A stretch of DNA of 64,000 nt from a candidate division WWE3 bacterium (GTDB lineage Bacteria > Patescibacteriota > WWE3 > UBA101185 > UBA10185), in contig WJKK01000001.1 in the NCBI GenBank assembly GCA_014729135.1, forward strand, positions 325,462 to 389,461, in the 5' to 3' direction. Both the position numbers and the translations under genes were made by a program. How positions within the stretch are numbered: the first letter of the stretch is position 1; the number at the start of each line of letters is the position of its first letter. Positions 19,699 through 28,702 of the stretch are shown here, piece after piece. The notes beneath the pieces were generated by a model. It saw only the letters and a list, made by a program, of their open reading frames with translations. It was not told the DNA's origin and searched no databases.

Positions 19699-19732
19699 CA
19701 AAACCACCCATCCTTTTGTATAATCAACCTAA

Positions 19733-20962
19733 ATGATTAAGCTGCCTTTCCTCAACCTCAGAAAAAACAAAAATCAATCCGAAAACTTTTTGGCAATATA
19801 TCCCGAACCCTTCAAAGTACAGGTGGCTTATTTTGAAGCTGCTAACCCTCCCACGGATGAAGTTCCGCAGGCTCAACTAATTAGCGCTGTCTCAAAGTTT
19901 ATGCCGGAAGATTCCCTATTTCATGCAGGCGATCACTTTAATCAAACTCTGGAAACTACAGAAGCTATTCTGGATGAAATGGCGCAGGAGTATCCCGATT
20001 TACCCACGCAAGTGATATTTGGTCTATCTTCTGATCATTGTATAGATCTAATGTCAATTGCCCGCTTGGAGAATCAAACAAAAAAGCGATTTACGCAGGA
20101 GCAGGTAGAAGAACTAGCTACTCAAGCGCAAAAGAACGCTTCGTTTAGGGCACAGGACATATTGGCAACTCAAAAAGGCGATACGGATACAGACTTGGAG
20201 CTTATAACTTCCGTGGATATTTTTAAAAAGATAGATGGCGCTGTTACGCGGGATCCCATTGGCTTAGAAGGCAAAGAGTTGGAATTTTCGTGGTTTGGTT
20301 CTTTTGCGGAGGCTCCCTATCTTAGGTACCTTCAGAATCTTGCAAAAAAACTGGGCTTAGACATATTGACCGTTTCTTCCCTATCTTATTCCTTTTACAG
20401 CAGCCTACAGGAGCTGGACTCTAATTATCGAAATTGCGTGGTCATCAACTTGGGAACTTCCTTAACGGAGGTGTCTGTGGCTTTTGGGGGAGGCTTAGTA
20501 GGCTCCCGCTTTATTAACATGGGCTTAATTTCTATTTTGAAGCAGATTTCAGCCAAGCTGGAACTGCATTATGAAGAGACTGAACGGGTTTTAGAAAAAT
20601 ATCGCGAAGGTACGCTGGATTCTTCTATCGCAGTAGAAGTTCAAAAAATAGTTCGTCGTTTTTTTGTGGTTTGGTCGCAAGCTTTAAACATGGTTTTCTC
20701 GGATTTTACGGGAATCAAAACTTTCTCTTCACGCGTCCTCTTGGTAGGGCCGGGTTTTGACATTCCCGATTTGGTTGAGCTAACTTCCGTTGAGCCCTGG
20801 TTTAAGTCGATCCCTTTTAAAGCCCCTCCCGAATTTGAAAAAGCCTTAGCCTCGGGTAAACTAACAGAGGTTACGGATATCTCAGGAAAGTCCTCTAAGC
20901 TTTCATGGACGCTTCCCTTGTCGCTTGCTCATGTTTATTTTAAGTTGGAAGAGGACGCTTAG
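19733..20962 (+). CDS. Actin-fold FtsA/PilM-like protein with a degenerate phosphate-1 motif
   Basis: LGLDILTVSSLSYSFYSS...NCVVINLGTSLTEVSVAFGGGLVGSRFINMGL...RVLLVGPGFDIP is collinear with the FtsA C-terminal subdomains. The N-terminal GxDxG loop is replaced by AIYPEPFKVQVAYFEA. Confidence 0.5.
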   Translation: MIKLPFLNLRKNKNQSENFLAIYPEPFKVQVAYFEAANPPTDEVPQAQLISAVSKFMPEDSLFHAGDHFNQTLETTEAILDEMAQEYPDLPTQVIFGLSSDHCIDLMSIARLENQTKKRFTQEQVEELATQAQKNASFRAQDILATQKGDTDTDLELITSVDIFKKIDGAVTRDPIGLEGKELEFSWFGSFAEAPYLRYLQNLAKKLGLDILTVSSLSYSFYSSLQELDSNYRNCVVINLGTSLTEVSVAFGGGLVGSRFINMGLISILKQISAKLELHYEETERVLEKYREGTLDSSIAVEVQKIVRRFFVVWSQALNMVFSDFTGIKTFSSRVLLVGPGFDIPDLVELTSVEPWFKSIPFKAPPEFEKALASGKLTEVTDISGKSSKLSWTLPLSLAHVYFKLEEDA

Positions 20963-20974
20963 TTTTTTACGGGA

Positions 20975-22555
20975 ATGATTTACGAAGTTGCAAAAAATAA
21001 AGACATATATACGCTCCTTTCTGAGTTAGCTACTCGAGGCGAAAGGGATTTGGAGGTTTTTATTCCGGAAGGTGCCTTAATTTTACAAAACAAATTGAAT
21101 TTGCAGTTTTTGTCGGATAGTTTAGAGAAGTTAGGTAAGTCTGTAACCTTTGAGACGGATGATCCAAGGGGGGTAGAGCTTTTGTCTAACATTACAACAG
21201 CGGGTGCAACTGATTATGGAGAGGCTTATGCTTCTTCCGGAGAAGATCAGACTTCTCCATTTTCTCAAGGCATTTTTGCAAAAATTCAGGGAGCACTTCC
21301 TTCTGTTAAGGCTCCTAAAATGCCAAAAATATCGCTCCCCTTATCTCGTTCAGAAGGCAATTCAGGTTTTCGTTTTAAACTAAATTTCATCTTTTTAGGA
21401 ATTGCTGCAGCTGTAATAATTGTTTTAACTTATGGAGTCTATCGCTATGTGTCTTCGCAAAAGGCTTATATAAAAATTGTTACTAAATCTGAGCCCATGG
21501 CGCGAAGTCTGACAATTAGAGTGGATTCTCAGCAGGCCACAAACATAGAGAATAAGATTTTGGAAGGCCGGGACATTTCTACAAGTTTGTTTGAAACGGC
21601 GGAAATTGAAACAACAGGGGAAAAGGTGGTGGGCGAATATGCAGAGGGTGAGATTACGCTTTTTAATGGTACTGAGGAGGAAATTGAGCTTGATGAGGGT
21701 ACTTTGGTTGAGTATAAGGAGGATGATGAGGATTTGGCCTTTGAGTTACAGGATGATGTTACGATTCCGGGCTTTACCTATGAAGTAGCTGAGGATCCAA
21801 CAAGTGACCGCATTTTAGGGGAGGCTTCTGTTTTAGTTAAAGCGGTGAACTATGGTGAGGATTACAACATTTCTGAAGGTGAAATCTTAGAGTTTGACGA
21901 CTACAAAAAGTCTGAACTGGTAGCTAAGTCAAAGGAAGATTTTAAGGGAGGCAGCAGTGAGACAGTTGCTATTGTTTCCGAAGAGGATGTGACCAATTTA
22001 AAAACGGAGGTGGCTAAGGTTTTGGAGGAGAAGGCTGATTCTGCTTTAAAGGATGCAGTTCCCGAAGATTACAAAATGATAGATGGTTCCATGACTTCAG
22101 TTTTGGGTGACTTTGAAATTGATCAAGAAGTAGGTGATGAGGCTGAAAAGATTTCAATTAAGCAGTCGGCTACAGTAACAGGGCTTGCTTATGCCGAGAA
22201 AAAACTGGATCAGTTGATTATGCAGATTGTCGGGGAGTATGTTCCCGATGAGTACGCCCTTTCCGGAACTAAGCACACTTTAAATGTAGAGGTTCTTGGT
22301 GAAACGGAAGATACGGTCTTGAGTGCTACAACGGCAGATTTGCAGGTGACGGTTAAGACTTCGGTGGTTCCTGATATAGATGTTTCAGCTTTAAAGGAGG
22401 AGCTTCAAGGCAAATCTTTGGATGAAGTTCAGCGCCATTTAGGAAGCATGCGCAGTGTGTCTACATATGAATTTAGTTTATCCCCTCCGGTTCCCTTTAA
22501 GACCAATGTTCCCTCTGATACAAATCGCATATTAGTGGAAATTGAGTCGGAGTAG
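20975..22555 (+). CDS. Bitopic membrane protein: 130-aa cytoplasmic N-domain, one TM helix, acidic C-terminal domain
   Basis: Single TM helix FIFLGIAAAVIIVLTYGVY at about residues 130-150. No recognisable domain. Confidence 0.45.
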   Translation: MIYEVAKNKDIYTLLSELATRGERDLEVFIPEGALILQNKLNLQFLSDSLEKLGKSVTFETDDPRGVELLSNITTAGATDYGEAYASSGEDQTSPFSQGIFAKIQGALPSVKAPKMPKISLPLSRSEGNSGFRFKLNFIFLGIAAAVIIVLTYGVYRYVSSQKAYIKIVTKSEPMARSLTIRVDSQQATNIENKILEGRDISTSLFETAEIETTGEKVVGEYAEGEITLFNGTEEEIELDEGTLVEYKEDDEDLAFELQDDVTIPGFTYEVAEDPTSDRILGEASVLVKAVNYGEDYNISEGEILEFDDYKKSELVAKSKEDFKGGSSETVAIVSEEDVTNLKTEVAKVLEEKADSALKDAVPEDYKMIDGSMTSVLGDFEIDQEVGDEAEKISIKQSATVTGLAYAEKKLDQLIMQIVGEYVPDEYALSGTKHTLNVEVLGETEDTVLSATTADLQVTVKTSVVPDIDVSALKEELQGKSLDEVQRHLGSMRSVSTYEFSLSPPVPFKTNVPSDTNRILVEIESE

Positions 22556-22561
22556 CTTATT

Positions 22562-22990
22562 ATGGCGGTATCTTCTACATCTTCAGCCCCCGGTATTTTA
22601 GGTATAGATTATGGGGAAACTAATATTGGTTTAGCCTTTGGGAGGGGCGGTATGGTTACTCCTTTGAGGGTTGTTTCGGGGAAAAATGACAATACGGCTG
22701 TTTCTGCAATTGGAAGAGTAGCAAAGGAATATAAAGTTGCCCGTTTTGTTGTGGGTTTGCCCCTGACAGTTGAGGGAAAGGAAACTCCGCAATCTTTGAA
22801 GGTGCGCAAGTTTGTTAAGGTTTTAAAGTCTCAGTTGAAGTTGCCGGTGGACTTGGTTAGTGAACATTCCACTTCTAAGGGTGCTGTTAAGGTTATGTTA
22901 AACGCAGGAGTTTCGCAAAAGCGTCGTCGAACTAAGGATCACTATTCAGCTGCTATTATTTTACGAAGGTATTTTAGAAATCGTACTTAG
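22562..22990 (+). CDS. ruvX: YqgF/RuvX-family putative Holliday junction resolvase / pre-16S rRNA nuclease
   Basis: ILGIDYGETNIGLAF N-terminus, and a C-terminal DHYSAAIILRRYF motif typical of YqgF. Confidence 0.8.
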   Translation: MAVSSTSSAPGILGIDYGETNIGLAFGRGGMVTPLRVVSGKNDNTAVSAIGRVAKEYKVARFVVGLPLTVEGKETPQSLKVRKFVKVLKSQLKLPVDLVSEHSTSKGAVKVMLNAGVSQKRRRTKDHYSAAIILRRYFRNRT

Positions 22991-23028
22991 TTTTTTACGG
23001 AAGTTTTGTTTTAGGCTTTTTTAGAAGT

Positions 23029-23316
23029 TTACGCAGCTTTTGCCTCTTCTTCAGGTTCCTTCTCTTTCTCAAAAGTTAACGTAACGTTCTTATTCCCGCA
23101 AAGATCGCAGATGAAATTTTCCCCCGGGTTTAAGCACTGTGGGCACATGTAAACTCCCTCTTTATAGATGAGTTGATCATGCTCGCAAACATTACAAGCA
23201 AAAATGACGTCATCTTGAGTTAAAACGCCACAATCCGGACAGGTAAAAACTGCTGTTTTACTGCCTAAAACTTCTTCTTCGTCTTCATAGTCTTCGTGTA
23301 TGTGTATATCTACCAT
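23029..23316 (-). CDS. Double zinc-ribbon hypothetical protein
   Basis: Four CxxC pairs (CPDC, CNVC, CPQC, CDLC) in 95 aa. Confidence 0.45.
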   Translation of the reverse strand: MVDIHIHEDYEDEEEVLGSKTAVFTCPDCGVLTQDDVIFACNVCEHDQLIYKEGVYMCPQCLNPGENFICDLCGNKNVTLTFEKEKEPEEEAKAA

Positions 23317-23554
23317 GATTTAAGTCTACACAAAAACTTTGACGCCTTCAATAGCCTCTGCTAATCTTGAGGTGTGCAATTCTTAACCTCCATTTTATAT
23401 GTCTATTTAGGTTTGGGCTTTATCTATGGCCTTTATGTAACCTTTGCCGGAAACGGAAAATGGTACACATTTCCAATTAACGTTTTAGGGGGGCCTATTG
23501 TTGTAGTTATCATCCTTTATAAGTCATTAACCGGTAGAAAGTTCCACGTTTAAA

Positions 23555-24310
23555 ATGTATAAGCAGTTTTTTTCAGGTAAGAAGGCGGTCTTTTTTGATT
23601 TGGATGGTACTTTGGTTGATACTACTCCTGTTTGGGATGCAGCTATGGCGGAGGCTCTAGGGAATTTGAATTTCCAGTGGCGAGGGGCTAATTTTATTGG
23701 GGGTAAGGGTCTGGCGAAGACATGGACAGAGTATTTGGATTATGAGGGCTATGATCCGGGAGTTTCTATTTCTGAGTTGGTGAAGCAAACAAAGGATAAG
23801 TTTATTAAGCACTTGAAGGATTCCGAAATTGATGTGCGTAAGGGTTTTTGGCCTTTTACCGTGCAATTACAGGAGCAGCTTGATATGAAGCTGGCGATGG
23901 TTACTAATACGGATAAGGAGGTAGCGGAGGCGATTTTAAAATATTTGGGGCTTTCCAATGCGTTTGATTTAAAGGTTTTTGGTGACGATGTTAAAAAGAA
24001 AAAGCCTAATCCCGAGATTTATAAGTTGGCAATTAAGCAGTTAAATTTAAGCCCAAAAGATGTTTTGGTCTTTGAGGATTCTCCTGAAGGGGCAAAAGCT
24101 GCTGCTAAGGCCGGAACGGATTTGATCGTGGTTTGGGATTGGCGTAAGTACGCGGAAAAGGAGTTTCCGCGAAAAGCGTTAGTTTTTATTCAGGATTTTT
24201 CTGCGTTTCCGGGTCATTTAGACAAGACTTATCTGGAGGCTTTTAAGGAAGCCAAAGAAGCTCGCGAATCCAAAGAAGCAGAAAAAGCCAAGGAAGAAGT
24301 CTCTGAGTAA
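23555..24310 (+). CDS. HAD-superfamily hydrolase, beta-phosphoglucomutase-like subfamily
   Basis: Motif I FFDLDGTLVDT, motif III K, motif IV EDSPEG. Confidence 0.85.
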   Translation: MYKQFFSGKKAVFFDLDGTLVDTTPVWDAAMAEALGNLNFQWRGANFIGGKGLAKTWTEYLDYEGYDPGVSISELVKQTKDKFIKHLKDSEIDVRKGFWPFTVQLQEQLDMKLAMVTNTDKEVAEAILKYLGLSNAFDLKVFGDDVKKKKPNPEIYKLAIKQLNLSPKDVLVFEDSPEGAKAAAKAGTDLIVVWDWRKYAEKEFPRKALVFIQDFSAFPGHLDKTYLEAFKEAKEARESKEAEKAKEEVSE

Positions 24311-24372
24311 TAGCTCCCGGTTGTGGTATCCCCTACCCTAAATTAATTAGTTCATCCCTCGCTTTGACTACC

Positions 24373-24648
24373 TCAAATTAGTTCTAATTCTTCAAGCAGG
24401 TCCCTGATTACAGGTTTGTCTTTATACCCAATGAAATCAATCTTCATTTGCGGATATTGTTCTTTTAACTTTTTTACAAACTCATCAATAAAGGAAGGAC
24501 TCATAACCTCAACTTCTTTAAAGTCAAGAATGGTGCTATCTCTCTCATCTTTTTGTTCTATTATTTGTTTTGCCCTTAAGGCAGCCTCCGCTCCAAAGGG
24601 GCGGCTATTTAGGATTTTTCCGAATTTTCTGAGCTTAATAGTGACCAT
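24373..24648 (-). CDS. Small STAS-like (anti-sigma-antagonist-like) protein, possibly of the DUF4325 type
   Basis: 91 aa. SPSFIDEF...IGYKDKPVIRDLLEELE resembles STAS-like small proteins. It starts 3 nt after the stop of the upstream GHKL ATPase gene. Confidence 0.4.
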   Translation of the reverse strand: MVTIKLRKFGKILNSRPFGAEAALRAKQIIEQKDERDSTILDFKEVEVMSPSFIDEFVKKLKEQYPQMKIDFIGYKDKPVIRDLLEELELI

Positions 24649-24651
24649 AAA

Positions 24652-25458
24652 TTAATTATAGAATAACATGAGTTTTACTATAGTGCCCGTAATTTTCGGG
24701 ACTTTTCTTTTCACCATTCTCTTTTTTGACACTATGGCAAGTCCTGCGCCGGAGTGAATTACCAGATTTCCCGAAAAGTTATTTAGGGTCCATTTTTGAA
24801 TAAGTTTTAATCCGTTGCCGCGTGTCTCTCCTACTCTTCCCGAGATGCCTTGCAATCCTTTTTCTATTGCTGCCAGATCATCCTTAATCTTAGGAAACAC
24901 GCTGCTTAATGATTTTTTAAATCCTACACCAAAGTCCATGACAACGATCTCTAGCATCTTTTGCTTTGGATCATTTTTTCCAAATATAATGCATCCAATG
25001 TTTCCTGTTGGCCACATCCCCAAATTATGATCGAAAACATTGTTTCCCAACTCCCCTAATAACGCGGTTATTCTACTGGCATCATCTTTTTTAATTCCCC
25101 AATTCTGATAAATTTGGTAAAAGTTGCCTAGTCGAGCGTTAAATACGTCGCTAGTGGGGCAGTGTGATACTTTTTGAAAATTTCTATCTTTTTCTTGGCT
25201 GTATCTTGAGGCAAATTCACACCGTATAAGCTTGTCAATCTCTAATGATGTAATCAATTTGGAAGTTGATTTTCCCTCAGGCACAACTAAACTTTTTGGT
25301 GTTTTTCTCTCATCTAGAAGTATGTGTAGAAGCAACGTTACTTTCCAGACGTTCGGAGTTTTTACGTTTAATGTTATTTTGTTTTGCCGTTGTAGAGTTT
25401 CAAAATCAGTGTACGCATTTAATATATCTTTACACATTGTTACAATTATTGCACACAA
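24652..25458 (-). CDS. GHKL-superfamily (HATPase_c) ATP-binding protein, RsbW/SpoIIAB-like serine-kinase fold with an N-terminal extension
   Basis: N box LGELGNNVFDHN, G1 box VVMDFGVGF and a G2-like GRVGETRGNGLK. The likely ATG start is at 25437; the ORF-track start at 25458 is TTG. Confidence 0.6.
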   Translation of the reverse strand: MCAIIVTMCKDILNAYTDFETLQRQNKITLNVKTPNVWKVTLLLHILLDERKTPKSLVVPEGKSTSKLITSLEIDKLIRCEFASRYSQEKDRNFQKVSHCPTSDVFNARLGNFYQIYQNWGIKKDDASRITALLGELGNNVFDHNLGMWPTGNIGCIIFGKNDPKQKMLEIVVMDFGVGFKKSLSSVFPKIKDDLAAIEKGLQGISGRVGETRGNGLKLIQKWTLNNFSGNLVIHSGAGLAIVSKKRMVKRKVPKITGTIVKLMLFYN

Positions 25459-25553
25459 ACAAATAATAGTAAAGAGTATTGTAATGATTTTCCGAGACTG
25501 CTTTCATCTGTTCTGTTGGTTAGTGTTTTTTTATAGAATGTTATAATCCCGCT

Positions 25554-26759
25554 GTGACAGGCATATATTCACCAACAAAATTTTATATAGAAACCTTGGG
25601 TTGTCAGGCAAATGAAGCTGATTCAGTGCGCATGACTCATTTACTGGAGTCTTTGGGACTTGAGCCAACAAAGGATTTTACAAAGGCCGATATGTTTATT
25701 GTTAACTCTTGTTCAGTTCGTCAAAAGAGTGAGGATAAAGTTTACGGTTGGGCTCGCAAAATTAATCAGCTTTCTAAGAAACCCTTTGTAGTTTTAGCCG
25801 GTTGCATGGTGGGTTCTGTAAAAGGTGACCGAACACGTTATTCTTTTAAAGAGCTGGAAGATCGTACGCTTTGGGTTGATTTGTATTTGAGCCCGGAGGA
25901 GCTGTTTAAACTCCCGCGTTACTTGCAGGAGGCAGGGATTTTGCCGGATCCGCCGGGAAAGGCGCCTTCACAAGAGTCTTCACCGGATGCTAGTGCCTCA
26001 AAAACGTCGTCCCTAAAAGACTCTCCCATTTTTGTAGACGATAAAACAGGATATGTGAATATTTCCTATGGTTGCGATAATTTTTGCACTTATTGTGTGG
26101 TTCCTTATGCTCGAGGAGAGGAGGTTTCACGTTCAAAAGATGAGATCTTACAAGAGGTGAAAATTCTTTTAGATAAAGGAATTACTCATATTACATTGTG
26201 CGGTCAAAATGTAAATTCGTGGGGTCTTTCATCCGAAAAAAAGCGCCAAATTAGGATAGGGGATGACAACAAGCTTCCTTTTGCGCAGCTGCTGCGAGAA
26301 GTGCATGATCTTGCGGGAATTGAAAAGCTTACGTTTTTGTCATCTAATCCGTTTGATTTCACAAAAGATTTAATTGAAGCCATAAAATTACCAAAAATTG
26401 ATGATTACCTCCATATTGCAGTTCAATCTGGAAATAACGACGTTCTTGCGCGAATGAATAGGCGACATACTATTGAGGAATTTTTAGACCTTGTTACTCA
26501 AATTAAAAAAGCGCGCCCTTCTGTAGAGTTAGGCACTGATGTCATAGTGGGCTTCCCCCAAGAAACTCGTGAACAATTTATGGATACGGTTAATCTTTTT
26601 AAGCAGGTTAAATTTAATGTAGCCTTTATTGCTATGTATTCCCCTCGAAAAGGAACAGCTGCCGAAAAAATGTTTGAAGATGATGTTCCCCTAAAGGAGA
26701 AGAAATGGCGTCATGCTTATTTAACAAAGGTTTGGAGGGAAAATAAGCCTTCAAGATGA
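25554..26759 (+). CDS. miaB: tRNA-i6A37 methylthiotransferase (radical SAM, MiaB family)
   Basis: N-terminal MTTase domain YIETLGCQANEADS, radical-SAM CxxxCxxC (CDNFCTYCVVP) and a TRAM-like C-terminus. GTG start. Confidence 0.85.
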   Translation: MTGIYSPTKFYIETLGCQANEADSVRMTHLLESLGLEPTKDFTKADMFIVNSCSVRQKSEDKVYGWARKINQLSKKPFVVLAGCMVGSVKGDRTRYSFKELEDRTLWVDLYLSPEELFKLPRYLQEAGILPDPPGKAPSQESSPDASASKTSSLKDSPIFVDDKTGYVNISYGCDNFCTYCVVPYARGEEVSRSKDEILQEVKILLDKGITHITLCGQNVNSWGLSSEKKRQIRIGDDNKLPFAQLLREVHDLAGIEKLTFLSSNPFDFTKDLIEAIKLPKIDDYLHIAVQSGNNDVLARMNRRHTIEEFLDLVTQIKKARPSVELGTDVIVGFPQETREQFMDTVNLFKQVKFNVAFIAMYSPRKGTAAEKMFEDDVPLKEKKWRHAYLTKVWRENKPSR

Positions 26760-27682
26760 AGATTCCTGTTATTTTAGGGCCAACCTCCACAGGTAAGACA
26801 AGTCTCTCTATAGATTTGTGCAAAAAGCTAGGCGGTCAAATAATTTCGGCAGATTCTCGCCAGGTCTATAAACACATGGATGTAGGTACAGGGAAGATTC
26901 CGGTTGCTAAGGATGTTTCCTATGAAAAGCACGATAAGTTTTGGATTCTGGAGGGTATGAAGGTTTGGGGCTATGACGTTGTAACCCCTGATACGAATTT
27001 TTCAGCTTACGATTTTGCTAAGTTTGGTCTTGAAAAGGCTAGGACTGCTATAGATATAGGCATGATTCCTGTTATTACAGGAGGAACCGGTTTATACATA
27101 GACTTTTTAACCGGTAGAATTACGGATTTAGCCGGACCGCCTGATTTAAACTTACGTAAAAAGTTGGAGCAAAAAGGTTTAAAAGAGCTTCAGGAAGAGG
27201 TGACGTCGTTAAATATAGAGCTAAATAATTCGGATTTTCACAACAAGTATCGTCTGGTTCGCATTCTAGAGCGTCAAAAAAACCCAAACCCCTCTCCCCC
27301 ACTCCCCTATTTGAAAAATGTTGATTACGTTTTTATGGGTTTAACAGCTTTCAGGGATTTTTTGTATTCTCGAGTTGATTCCTGGACTGACTCTATTTGG
27401 CATAATGACAAAATCTTAAAAGAAGTTCAGGATTTGATTAATCTCGGCTATAAAGACTCCCCTAAATTACACGGGCTTGTTTATGAAAATGCTCTAGCTC
27501 ATTTGCAAGGCAAAAAATCCCGTGAAGAAGCCATCCAAAGAACTAGATTTAACTTGCATGCTTATGTGCGTAGACAGCAAACCTACTTTAAGCGAAATAA
27601 AGGTATAAAATGGTTTGATATAGAGCAAGACAATTACGTTCAAAACCTTTATAATTATTTTAAGAGCCACAGGGAAGCCTAA
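26756..27682 (+). CDS. miaA: tRNA dimethylallyltransferase
   Basis: P-loop ILGPTSTGKTSLSIDL and SADSRQVYKHMDVGTGK. Overlaps the miaB stop. Confidence 0.9.
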   Translation: MKIPVILGPTSTGKTSLSIDLCKKLGGQIISADSRQVYKHMDVGTGKIPVAKDVSYEKHDKFWILEGMKVWGYDVVTPDTNFSAYDFAKFGLEKARTAIDIGMIPVITGGTGLYIDFLTGRITDLAGPPDLNLRKKLEQKGLKELQEEVTSLNIELNNSDFHNKYRLVRILERQKNPNPSPPLPYLKNVDYVFMGLTAFRDFLYSRVDSWTDSIWHNDKILKEVQDLINLGYKDSPKLHGLVYENALAHLQGKKSREEAIQRTRFNLHAYVRRQQTYFKRNKGIKWFDIEQDNYVQNLYNYFKSHREA

Positions 27683-27686
27683 AAAT

Positions 27687-28691
27687 ATGGGGAAAGAAAT
27701 TGTTATTTCAGTAAAAACAATCTTAATAAGTTTGGGAATTTTGGCAGGCCTCTATGTCACTTATGAATTGCGAGGGGTTTTGGCTATTTTGCTTATTGCT
27801 GTGCTTTTGGTCATTTCAATTGAACCTGCTGTCAAGTATTTCTCAACAATTACCGTTTTAAACAAGCCTTTATCTCGAAGTGCTGCCGTTTTTATAGTCT
27901 ATGCTTTGTTAATTTTGATTTTAGCTTTAACTTTCACTACGGCTGTTCCTATGTTGGTGAATCAGTCGCAAAGTTTTGTTGAGAATTTTTCCTACTTGTT
28001 TTCAAACGTTAAAATAGCCGGTCAAAGTGTTTTAGAGTATTTGAGCTTTTTAAATGTTTTGGAAGAGCTTACAAAGGAGCGAAGTTTGTCCTCTATTGTT
28101 TTGAACTCGGTTTCCTTTGTAATGAGCTTGTTTACGTTGGTAGTTGTTTCAATTTACATGTCACTGGATTGGGCAAATATTAAGGAGCGCTTTTTGGTTT
28201 TGTTTAGAGGAAAAGCGCGTCAAGATGCCAACGAGGTTATTCATGAAATAGAGCATGAAGTAGGCGCTTGGGTGAAGGGTCAGTTGATTTTGATGCTGGC
28301 AGTAGGACTTTCCAGTTTTGTTGGTTTTCTTTTAGCAGGAATAAGTTATCCGGTGGCTTTGGGTTTTATTGCCGCGGTTTTAGAAATTGTTCCTTTATTA
28401 GGTCCCTTTTTTACGGCAGTGATAGCTGTAGCAGTGGCTTTGGCGCAATCCCCTGTAAAGGCAGCTTTAGCGTTGGGAATTTCAATTGCAATTCAGCAGT
28501 TGGAAAATAACTTTTTAGTTCCCAAAATTATGCAGAAAGTGTCGGGTTTTAGTCCTCTCGTTATTTTAATTGCTTTGCTTGTTGGTACGGAGTTTTTTGA
28601 TGTTCTAGGAGCTCTGCTAGCAGTTCCTGTAACTATGATTTTGCGCATTCTGTTTGTACGTTTTGTGCATTACCCCCATTTAGAGGAGTAA
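27687..28691 (+). CDS. AI-2E family (PerM/YhhT-like) membrane transporter
   Basis: Eight predicted TM helices and typical family topology with a conserved central loop. Confidence 0.55.
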   Translation: MGKEIVISVKTILISLGILAGLYVTYELRGVLAILLIAVLLVISIEPAVKYFSTITVLNKPLSRSAAVFIVYALLILILALTFTTAVPMLVNQSQSFVENFSYLFSNVKIAGQSVLEYLSFLNVLEELTKERSLSSIVLNSVSFVMSLFTLVVVSIYMSLDWANIKERFLVLFRGKARQDANEVIHEIEHEVGAWVKGQLILMLAVGLSSFVGFLLAGISYPVALGFIAAVLEIVPLLGPFFTAVIAVAVALAQSPVKAALALGISIAIQQLENNFLVPKIMQKVSGFSPLVILIALLVGTEFFDVLGALLAVPVTMILRILFVRFVHYPHLEE

Positions 28692-28702
28692 TTGACGAAA
28701 AA

